A stretch of DNA of 64,000 nucleotides from Octopus sinensis (taxonomy: Eukaryota), in the NCBI RefSeq assembly GCF_006345805.1, contig NC_043012.1, positions 58,962,001 to 59,026,000 of the forward strand. The letters are read 5' to 3'. The notes under the pieces are model-generated. The model had not been told where the DNA came from, made no database searches, and saw only the letters and a program-made list of their open reading frames with translations. Positions 13,011 to 23,823 of the stretch are shown here, piece by piece (position 1 is the stretch's first letter; each line of letters opens with the position of its first letter). The position numbers were made by a program, and so were the translations under genes.

Positions 13011-13693
13011 AATATGGATCTACACACAGATATATGATAAAGTCCAATATATATGTGTGAGTGTGTGTATATGTGTGTATGTGTGTGCGCGTGTGTGTGT
13101 GTATGTACATATGTGTGTGCCTACATGCATGTGTGCATATTGGTTCCTAAACTTTCAAGAATGGCTAATCCATTATTTGACCAAAAATATGACTGCATAT
13201 TCCACACTCCAGTGTACACTTAATGTGATTCACGAAGAGATACATCGTGACACAGAGTGTGATCTTGTGGCCAACACTTTCGATTCTTATCTAAGTACGA
13301 TTCACCCATCTTGTACTTGAACAAATGATTTCTATCGCCTGAGCCTGGAAACAATCGAATTCTTTTGACCGAAAATTTAAACAAGTAACCTGCTTGTAAA
13401 ATCGTCACAAATATAGCTTCTCATCTGCACGCTAAATTAGACAGAAGCTCATTTCAAAAATCATCATATGGTTCCTAGATATGTTAGTAGTGTTCACTTA
13501 CACGAAAGCATTAAAGCCAGGTGTAGTATCAGAAGAAAACACCCTGCCAAGAATGTAGCAGGTATCAGCTCAGAATAGTGTTAGTTGCTTATATCTTATC
13601 CTCAGCCACAGAGAAAAATAATTTTATATCAATGTAAGAAAATACTTCAAGCATAAATCAATGTCAGAAACACAGATACTAGCCAGAAAGGAC

Positions 13694-13733
<40 letters not shown>

Positions 13734-14075
13734 GAACATGCATGCATACACACATAATTTCTCCATTCACGATTCCATCCATCCATGCATACATACATAC
13801 ATACATAAATGTATGTATATGTTAATATATATATATGCATATATATGCACATACATAAATATATATACACAGGTATATACGTACATGCACACAAATATAC
13901 GTAGATGTATTTACAAATATCTACATACATATAGTATGCTTTATATAGGTGTGTTTGTATATGTGAGAGTGTAGATGCAAAACTATATGAAAATATATGA
14001 ATATCCATGAGAGGGAATCTGTATAGTTGTATATAAATGTCAGTAGGTCTATTTCCACATCCCTCTATCTCTCTA

Positions 14076-14125
<50 letters not shown>

Positions 14126-14353
14126 ATATATTATATATATATATATTACATATATATATATATATATATATAATATATTATTATATATATATATATATAA
14201 TAAATATGTATACATATGTGTGTATGATGTTATATATATATAATATTTCGAAAGAACGTGTGAGAGAGATATATGATTTTATGTGTGTACGACTCTAATC
14301 GCACAGAACAACTGCGCACAACGCTAACATGAAATATTAGTCTTACAAATAGC

Positions 14354-14356
<3 letters not shown>

Positions 14357-14415
<59 letters not shown>

Positions 14416-14448
14416 TATTATTATTATTACTATCATCATCATCATTAT
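14357..14448. repeat. (TTA)n trinucleotide repeat
   Basis: Direct reading. Confidence 0.95.
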
Positions 14449-14655
14449 TCTTAATATTGCTTTACTATGCATATATAATAAAACTGAATGTCATAACACT
14501 GCAAATAAGGTTAAAATGCTTCTAGATATTTTCCAAAATCCGATGTGTATATTGATCGATCTATGTGAATAATCGATATTGAACACTTTATATTTTTGCA
14601 AATTCGAAAGTCGAAAACTGAATGTTGTCAAGTGCGTTTCAACCTGGACGTAACC

Positions 14656-14656
<1 letters not shown>

Positions 14657-14695
<39 letters not shown>

Positions 14696-14885
14696 TATAT
14701 ACATACATACATACATACATGCATACGTACATATATGCATAGATATATGCGTATATGCGTATATACGTATGTATGTATGTATATTATAATATGTGCCTTG
14801 TGTATAATACATACATATATATATATATATATATACATACATACATATATATACATTACTACATACAATATATGTATATATATAC

Positions 14886-14948
<63 letters not shown>

Positions 14949-14963
14949 CATATATATATATAC

Positions 14964-15034
<71 letters not shown>

Positions 15035-15061
15035 TATAACAACAAAAGGCGAAGACAGGTG

Positions 15062-15112
<51 letters not shown>
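14657..15112. repeat. Interrupted (TA)n field containing a 29-bp fragment of family H2 at 15038-15066
   Basis: aacaacaaaaggcgaagacaggtggtgta matches 60352-60380. Confidence 0.8.
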
Positions 15113-15114
<2 letters not shown>

Positions 15115-15691
15115 AATCCATTCATATATCGTATCTGAAAATATAACTGATGTTTATGTCAGGATATTTTGTTCGTGCATTTTTTAAAGATCTACCCAGA
15201 TGCTGAAAATTATTTTTTAGCTTAGACTCTAGTTAAAATATTTGTGGAGGAGGAGAGAATCGATTCTATCGACTTCAGTACTTGGCAGAAACATTAACCC
15301 TAAAGAAAAAAAAAAGAGACAAATTTGTCCTCGCTGAGTACGGAACTCTGCGTAGAGATTTTGAAAAAGAATATCGAAAAATAATTTGTCTAAAGTTGTT
15401 ATAAATTTGTGAATAGATAGCAATAGAGTTCAAAATGATTTAGTGCAACGTGTCTGAGTGTGTTTATACATATATATATATATATATATATTTGTGTGTG
15501 TGTATACATATATTTATACAGATATATATACATTTATAAATATATTTGTATATATATATATATACATACATGCATTTATAGGTATTTATATATAAGTCTA
15601 CGTACATCCGTCCTTCCATGCATACACACACACATGTATATATTAAAAAAAAATATAATATATACATTATAATAATAATATATATATATAT

Positions 15692-15738
<47 letters not shown>

Positions 15739-15880
15739 CGAGAGATAGGGAGACAATCATACATATATACATCTGGAGTAATATAAAACGCCCTTCGTTT
15801 GGTACAGACTCACTAACATTCTCTCGGCATATGTTACAATGTAGCCCTATTCGTTTATGCAGGATATACTACTGCGCATG

Positions 15881-16282
15881 AGGCGGCGAGCAGGCAGAAA
15901 CGTTAGCACGCAGGGCGAAATGCGTGGCCGCAATTTGTCTGCCGTTACGTTCTGAGTTCAAATTCTGCCGAGGTCGTCTTTGCCTTTCATCCTTTCGGGG
16001 TCGATAACTTAAGTACCAGTTACACACTGTGGTCGATATAATCGACTTAATCCGTTTGTCTGTCCTTGTTTGTCCCCTCTGTGTTTAGCCTCTTGTGGGT
16101 AGTAAAGAAATAGAAATAGGTATTTCGTCCGTGTTTATGTTCTGAGTTCAAATGCCGCCGCGGTCGAGTTTGCCTTTTATCATTTCGGGCTCAATAAATT
16201 AAGTGCCAGTTCTATACTGAGGTCGACCTAATCGACTGGCCCCCTCCCCTCAAATTTCAGGCCTTGTGCCTACAGGAGAATA
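15881..16282 (+). mobile_element. SINE family A dimer (head plus two body units)
   Basis: aggcggcgagcaggcagaaacgttagc head, B box gagttcaaattc, junction aaagaaatagaaataggtatttcgtc at ~16103-16130, short tail ggccttgtgcc. Confidence 0.85.
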
Positions 16283-16441
16283 GACAAACAAGAGGATCTA
16301 TTACTACGCAATGTACATTAGATTTCAATATATTCCAACTTGCCTTGTATATACGAATTTTTTCTTACTTATTTTTCTGGTTGATGTATCACTCAAATTT
16401 TTTTCTATTATTGCAGTCTTCTGTGTATACCAGTATGTACA

Positions 16442-16506
<65 letters not shown>

Positions 16507-16532
16507 CATATGCATATATGTGTGTGTGTATT

Positions 16533-16574
<42 letters not shown>

Positions 16575-16889
16575 ATATATATATATATATATTATAATAT
16601 ATATATATAATTTCAACAATTGAGGGTAAAATTAATTAATTATTAATCAATTTCACCAAGTATTCAGTAGTAAAGGGACCATTATAGGCGAATTCAAAAT
16701 ATTACATTATATATAAGGGCTTAGTAAAATAAATTACTTTGCCACATACTGACTCATTAGAAATAGCAGCTAAAGAAATTTCTTCAGCTATTTCTAATAC
16801 TTAAGAAGATCTCTCTCAGATATGTTTGCCTAAACTAACTCACAAAAGTATGGGGGAAAAAACATTAAAAAATCAAGTGCAAAGGTTAT

Positions 16890-16941
16890 TGAGAACGTAC
16901 GTTTCTAGATTAGTCAATTCGACATTTCTTTCTTCAGCTCA
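16890..16941 (-). ncRNA. Candidate minimal type I hammerhead ribozyme (copy 1)
   Basis: Reverse complement of copies 2 and 3: tgag-CTGAAGA-stem II-GAAA-CGTACG-TT-ctca. Confidence 0.55.
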
Positions 16942-17259
16942 GAATTCCTTGAATCGGATTGGGAACACTGAAGTCGGGAGCATACCCTTTCGGCTTCTAA
17001 TCACCTCTAGAATTCTGCTCGAACTAAAAGTGCTATCAAATTCGATATGCAAGCGAACAATTTCTGCTCTCCCCTTTCCACCAGCGTGGGTTAAAATTGA
17101 CAAACACCATGTATTAACGCAGAATTTAGCAGAGAGAGATGAATTATAATTTCAACAATTGAGGGTAAAATTAATTAATTATTAATCAATTTCACCAAGT
17201 ATTCAGTATGTAAATGGACCATTATAGGCGAATTCAAAATATTACATTATACTGAATTC

Positions 17260-17311
17260 TGAGCTGAAGAAAGAAATGTCGAATTGACTAATCTAGAAAC
17301 GTACGTTCTCA
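17260..17311 (+). ncRNA. Candidate minimal type I hammerhead ribozyme (copy 2)
   Basis: Stem I tgag(17260-63)/ctca(17308-11); core CTGAAGA 17264-70; stem II aga..gtc/gac..tct with internal loop; GAAA 17296-99; palindromic stem III ACGTACGT; predicted GUU cleavage after 17307. Confidence 0.6.
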
Positions 17312-17803
17312 AATAACCTTTGCACTTAATTTTTTAATGTTTTTTCCCCCATACTTTTGTGAGTTAGTTTAGGCAAACACTATCTGAGAGAGATCTTCTT
17401 TAAGTATTAGAAATAGCTGAAGAAATTTCTTTAGCTGCTATTTCTAATGAGTTCAGTATGTGGCAAGTAATTTATTTTACTAAGCCCTTATATATAATGT
17501 AATATTTTGAATTCGCCTATAATGGTCCCTTTACATACTGAATACTTGGTGAAATTGATTAATAATTAATTAATTTTACCCTCAATTGTTGAAATTATAA
17601 TTCATCTCTCTCTGCTAAATTCTGCGTTAATACATGGTGTTTGTCATTTTAACCCACGCTGGTGGAAAGGGGAGAGCAGAAATTTTTCGCTTGCATATTC
17701 GAATTTGATAGCACTTTTAGTTCGAGCAGAATTCTACAGGTGATTAGAAGCCGAAAGGGTATGCTCCCGACTTTCAGTGTTCCCAATCCGATTCAAGGAA
17801 TTC

Positions 17804-17855
17804 TGAGCTGAAGAAAGAAATGTCGAATTGACTAATCTAGAAACGTACGTTCTCA
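17804..17855 (+). ncRNA. Candidate minimal type I hammerhead ribozyme (copy 3)
   Basis: Identical to copy 2; CTGAAGA 17808-14, GAAA 17840-43, predicted cleavage after 17851, 544 nt after copy 2. Confidence 0.6.
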
Positions 17856-18031
17856 AATAACCTTTGCACTTGATTTTTTAATGTTTTTTCCCCCATACTT
17901 GTGAGTTAGTTTAGGCAAACACTATCTGAGAGAGATCTTCTTTAAGTATTAGAAATAGCTGAAGAAATTTCTTTAGCTGCTATTTCTAATGAGTTCAGTA
18001 TGTGGCAAAGTAATTTATTTTACTAAGCCCT

Positions 18032-18117
<86 letters not shown>

Positions 18118-18185
18118 TGTGTGTGTGTGTATATGTATGTATATATATATATATACTCTGTCACACACACACACATGTACGTGCG

Positions 18186-18372
18186 TGCGTGTGCTGAAAA
18201 GTTCCTGACTTTGAGTAATAGAAAATACAAGATTTCATTATGATTTTCTCCAACATATTCCACATATTGCAGCGCTCCTTCGGTTTTTCTATGCCCAGAA
18301 CTCGGATGCCTGAGCTTCCAGCCAGACCTTTTGCGATACACTTAAAGCCAGGAATTTTTTCCCCACCCTTTG
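18186..18372. mobile_element. Mariner-type MITE (copy 1)
   Basis: Imperfect TIRs gtgctgaaaagttcctgacttt / aaagccaggaattttttccccacc; related to the copy at 18685. Confidence 0.65.
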
Positions 18373-18684
18373 GTATATATAAGGGAATACAAGTGATATT
18401 TTATCTGCTCCCCATTACTCTCTACTATCCCAGGTAAACAGCCGACATGTAAACTCAACTCCAACTTAGACGTAACAACATCCATCGTTAGCGTAAACGG
18501 TAATTTTCCATTGGCCTGATTTCTTCCGCTAGAGAAAATTTCGAAAAGTCGTGGAAGCTTCAGATATGTTACTTACTTTTATGCAATTTCCAGTGACAAA
18601 GTTTAAATTATTGATGTTTTTCCGTAGGATCTATTTTTCGCTTAACGTAACTTGGTTTTAACTGGGAATCAACACATATATACG

Positions 18685-18888
18685 TACGTGGTGCTGAAAA
18701 ATTCCTGACTTTGAGTAAACGAAAATAAAGGAGGATCCGTTAACCGTGATTTTAAGATATTCCCCTCTAAGTTTCACTCATTTATTGCAGCGGTCCTTTT
18801 TTCTAAGCCCTGTAAAAGAACTCTGAAGTTTGGGCCTCCAACAAGTACTTTCGCGACACCCTTTAAGTCAGGAATTTTCCGCACCCCC
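18685..18888. mobile_element. Mariner-type MITE (copy 2)
   Basis: TIRs gtgctgaaaaattcctgacttt / taagtcaggaattttccgcacc; internal ttattgcagcg shared with copy 1. Confidence 0.65.
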
Positions 18889-20163
18889 AAATAAGCCTCG
18901 ACTGAATATTCCCTTTTTCGTTTGTTCTTACTAAAGCCAAAATTCCGACTTTGAAGAATAGTGAGAGAGCTGATGTACGTCATTTCCCAAAGAGAGTTGG
19001 TTGTGCAACTAAAAGGGAAATATTTATATTCGTAAATCGATTCTTCGCCGTTCACTCACCTCTTCAAATGTTTTAAAATTTTTACTGTGAACTAAGAAGG
19101 CAATTATTATCGCTACCGATAAGTTTACCCAGTCACGTGGCAACCATCTCCGTCCGATTGTTGAATAGGATGACACGAAATGCAATAAATCTATTATCAG
19201 TAGAGTTATGAAAATCTCGCAAGAAATTAGTCTAGACTTTCAATAGATAAAATTCAAAGCTAAGGCAGCAGATAAAATGGACATAAAAATGGCAAATTTG
19301 ATGACCATAATGAAGATCTATGATGATATAGACTTCTATGATCAGCGATTCCGTGAGTTCAGTTATAGACGCTAATATACATCATACTTGGTAATGTAAG
19401 AAAGTTTTTGTTGTGTTAGTTGATCTTATTTATAATATCAGTAATGTACGAAGTGTTGCTCTGTGTCTTGTGTAAAGAGACTTAATAGCTTGTCTGAACA
19501 ACTGTTAATGGGGATATACAGGTAAGGAAGTAATAGCGTAACTCGCGAGTATTTTCTGTCTGCATGCAAGGAATAAATGAATGAATCGATGTGGTAGAAG
19601 TCTTGCAAATATGAGCAGGAGGATTTTTATGTTCTGCCATAGGGCACACCGTCATAATCGAAGGAAACATCACTTACCTCTAAAATGAAAACTTCGTTTT
19701 TTTTTTTTACGTTACGATACATTGGCGTTTTGCAATTTAAAATGAAAAATGCTCGCCGCAGTTTGGCTTATGTGGCGGTGAAAACGTTATGTGGTTTGCA
19801 TTACTTTTGAACTTCAACTCCTTTTAAGATGTAGCAAAGAGAGAGAGGGAGAGAGGCAGACAGACAGATATACAGAGACAGACAGACAAACAGATGGACA
19901 CAGCTCAATTTGTTGTCTCTAGAGATACACTACATGAATAAATTAAGGCCTTTCGTTTTGCGCTACCGCAGTAAATTACAAAGATGCTTGTCACGCTGGA
20001 CAGTTGTTCGGCTCAAATCATAAGACGGTGGATTCAGTTCTTCAACCTGTCATTGCAATATGTCTGTGACAGAGGTACTTCATTTGACATTCGTCTAATG
20101 TCTTCAGCTGAAAAATATATCCCGGCTTTTCGTCCTAAGATGTGTCATGTTCAAAGTTCCACA

Positions 20164-20540
20164 TGGCAGAAACGTTAGCACGCCGAGCGAAGTGCTTAGC
20201 GCTATTTCGTCTGCCTTTACGTTCTGAGTTCAAATTCCGCCGAGGTCGACTTTGCTTTTCATCCTTTCGGATTCGATAAATTAAGTACCAGTTACACACT
20301 GGGGACGATGTAAGCGACTTAATCCGTTTGTCTGTCCTTGTTTGTCCCCTCTATCTCTAGCCCCTTGTGGGCAATAAAGAAATAAGAAACGCCGGGGTGA
20401 AATGCTTAGCATTATTTCGTCTGTCTACGTTCTGGATTCAAATTCCGCCGAGGTCGGCATTGCTTTCCATCCTTTCTGAGTCGATCTAATCGACTGCCCC
20501 ACTCCACAAAAATTTCGAGCCTTGTGCCTAGAGTAGAAAA
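20164..20540 (+). mobile_element. SINE family A dimer (alternative junction)
   Basis: tggcagaaacgttagcacg head, two bodies joined at aaagaaataagaaacgccgggg, short tail ccttgtgcctagagtagaaaa. Confidence 0.8.
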
Positions 20541-20810
20541 ATTATATATTTCCTCGCGACTACGATGACACTAGCATTAAGAGAAGGCATGGTATATGCA
20601 ACCATACTTCATACTTCATTACTTGCAGAAACTCAATATGGAATTCATTCTGTATCCTAGGATTACGTATAGGATAAATCTGAGTGAGAAATACGTATCA
20701 ACATGCATGCTAATCCTTTGGTTCTCAGCCGGGGTCCATATGACCATCAGAGATCCATATAAGATTTTCGGGGTGAAAGAACCTTTGGGGTTAATATACG
20801 TTAAATATTC

Positions 20811-21176
20811 TTTTCTACTCTGGGCACAAAGCCCTAAATTTTGGGGGAGGGGGCCAGTCGATTAGAACGACCCCAGTGCGCAACAAGTATTTAATTTATC
20901 GACCTCGAAAGGATGAAAGGCAAAGTCGACCTCGGTGGAATTTGAACTCAGAACGTAGATAGACGAAATACCTATTACTTTACTACCTACAAGGGGCTAA
21001 ACATAGAGAGGACAAACAAGGACAGACAAACGGATTAAGTCGATCAAATCGACCCCAAGGATGAAAGGCAAAGTCGACCTCGGCGGAACTTGAACTCAGA
21101 ACGTAACGGCACGGCAGACGAAATACGGCTACGCATTTTGTCCGGCGTGCTAACGTTTCTGCCAGCTCGCCGCCTT
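20811..21176 (-). mobile_element. SINE family A dimer
   Basis: Head ends at gccagctcgccgcctt (21176); junction cgaaatacctattactttac at ~20964-20983; short tail at 20811-20870. Confidence 0.85.
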
Positions 21177-21639
21177 GACGGACAAAATATTTTAACAAAA
21201 TATTATTTACAATTTTAATTCAATTCCTAATAATATTTAATTAAAAATATATAATAGAATTTTAAAAAATGCTTATAAGGATCCAAATATAGTAAAACAG
21301 GAATCAAAGAGTTCCACAAGCAAAAAATGGTTGACGAACACTGTGCTTACCGAGTGTGGCGATAGTCTGGATGATCAAACTACTGAAGACGAATCGTCGA
21401 AACGACAGGGAAGTACAGACGGCCAATGATTCCAACTAAGTCTCTGCGGGGAGAACTTGCCATATTTACTGAGTTCTTTATTTTCGTTGCGTAGCCAGTA
21501 AAGATCGATGTTATTGATCGCAGTACAGAACCAATGCATATTTGATCAAAGATGTGTTAGTTTGAAAGGTAAATTTACAAGTAGAGATAAGAGCAATAAA
21601 TACATAGAGGTGAGAGAGTAATATAGTTTAACTTAATCT

Positions 21640-22250
21640 GTTCAACACTTTGGCGTTTCTAGTATCTCAGTCTTTCACTTACCAAAAATATTGGTTTTAA
21701 AATATCGGCACAAGGCCAGCAATTCCAGGGGAGGAGTAAGTCAATTAGTTCGGCCCGTTGCGCATCTGAGACTCATTTCGTCGACCCCGAAAGGGATGAA
21801 AGGTGAAGTCGACCTCCACGGACTTTGACCAAAGAAAACCAAAAGACGGTCGAAATATCGCTAAGCATTTTGTTCGGTGTGAAAGCGATTCTGCCACCTC
21901 AGCGCTTTATTGGTTTCAAATTTTGGCACACGATCGGCAATTTCAGTGGGTAAATTAAGCCGGTCACATCGAACTCGATATTCAAAATGTTATTTTGATA
22001 TGAGATCAGTATGTCATGCACATAGGGTTGTGAGGCATGTGCCTAGTGTAGCCTTATCAGACGGGTAGTCCTGATGGCTATATTGGGGGATTTGCATATT
22101 TGTACCCCAGTGTCACTTTCATGGCATGCAGTGCTCTCTCCGAAACGATGAAATACAAAATTGACATCGCCGGAATTTGAACACAAAACATAAAGTCGGA
22201 CGAAATGTCGCTAAGCATTTTAGTCCGGTGTGCTAAGGATTCTACCATTA
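21640..22250 (-). mobile_element. Two degenerate SINE family A copies, the second interrupted by ~130 bp of other sequence
   Basis: ggcacaaggccagcaat..., cgaccccgaaagggatgaaagg..., cgctaagcatttt... repeated twice; extra segment ~22010-22140. Confidence 0.65.
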
Positions 22251-22627
22251 CCAAATACTAATAAAGAATCTGATGAAATAAACCATCAGATGCAAAGAAT
22301 TACTCAATATACAAAATCCATGACAATATTTCCCGATGTGAATTAACCAAACCGCAAAAAGTTCCTCCCAACACATAGCTATGATGCTCCCCCACTATTT
22401 CTGCTTGTGATCAGAGATGCACATGTCGTCAGCCATTAAGGGACATGCTCAACTGGTTAAGGTCAAACAACTGACAAGCAAATCTGTGGTGTTGAGCAGA
22501 ATATTTGCTGTAGCCCATCTTTTATAGCAAGACAAAATAATGTACATGATAACACTTCCAATCAGTTAAGATCAGGGGCCATGAGAGTCCCTGTCTGGTA
22601 CTGGATCAGGACATAAAGTATTATTAC

Positions 22628-22661
<34 letters not shown>

Positions 22662-22672
22662 ATCATCATAAA

Positions 22673-22720
<48 letters not shown>

Positions 22721-23237
22721 TATTATTATTATCATTACTAGTAGTAGTAGTAGTAGTAGTAGTATATTTTGCTATTCTTCAACGCTGAAATAATCTATAT
22801 AATTCCGAAGTTCATTTCCTGCTACGGCAATATGAATTGTGTCATTTTTTTTTTATTGCCGTAATCTTTCAAACCTTATTTCGCGCAGATATCCCATCAT
22901 TCTTTCACTAATTACTTCCGTTTTGTTAACTAAATTCCTCCATATTTTGAGAATTTTTCATTGAGATTTTGCACATTTTTTGTTTTATGCCTTTGTTATT
23001 GCTGTTATGTAAATGCAAGGAGTTTTGTAGGTTATTGGGAAAGGAAATCCAAAGTTAAGTCACGCAAAACGTGTCGCACTGTATGGATAATGTAGGACAA
23101 ACGAAACCTTTGAATCGAAAATATACCGCAATTTTCTTAAAATCTTATCTTAGAAATTCAAAACAAATGATCTTTTTGAGAACCTATCCACGAAGACCAC
23201 GAATGCTTTTCTCGATATTTATCTAACTCTTTCCCTC

Positions 23238-23283
<46 letters not shown>

Positions 23284-23289
23284 CATATA

Positions 23290-23335
<46 letters not shown>

Positions 23336-23787
23336 CTTTATTTAAAGCAGCTTTAAATAAAGCATATTACTCTACCACTGGTATTGAGTACTCTTTTTTC
23401 CACCTTGTTTCACATTTATATGTTTACTCCGGTATATATATATATATATATATAATATATATATATATGTCTGTGTGTATACAGGAGGGCCTATATGCAC
23501 CACAGGCCTCCTTGAGAGGTTTTTTAACAGTAAGTATCGCAGTGTTTTATGTTTATATATAATATTAGGGAATATAATTCCCTAATAAACACTTGTAGTC
23601 ATTTTACCAAATATATACGTTTTATTTATTATTTTGTACATTACTTAATCATTGGTATATGTTTTTATCTTATATTTAATGTTTTCTATAGGATGTAATT
23701 TTTTTCTATATGGTATAATTAAATCTTTTCATTGTTGAATTAATAAAAGGCTGGTTTTTTTCCTAATTTATATATATGCGTGTGTGT

Positions 23788-23823
<36 letters not shown>

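Larger units (their letters stand above)
16606..18039. mobile_element. Tandem plus inverted array of a ~540-544-bp unit carrying hammerhead ribozyme motifs (retrozyme / Penelope pLTR-like)
   Basis: Forward arm 16606-17252 (period 539, ~1.2 units); inverted arm 17254-18039 (period 544, ~1.45 units); both ends run into (TA)n; diverged dispersed fragment at 52178-52280. Confidence 0.8.

Noticed and set aside
16826-17149. 107-aa ORF inside the 544-bp unit
   Set aside because: Non-ATG start, no recognisable motif (no GIY-YIG), antisense to the ribozyme strand, and not preserved in the indel-corrected inverted copy alignment.
19247-19352. Possible 106-bp plus-strand coding exon (IKFKAKAADKMDIKMANLM...)
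   Set aside because: Plausible splice signals but weak pyrimidine tract, no recognisable homology and no partner exons.
21385-21412. ctgaagacgaatcgtcgaaacgac, superficially a hammerhead core
   Set aside because: The only hairpin uses core G8/A9, and no stem I or stem III closure is found.
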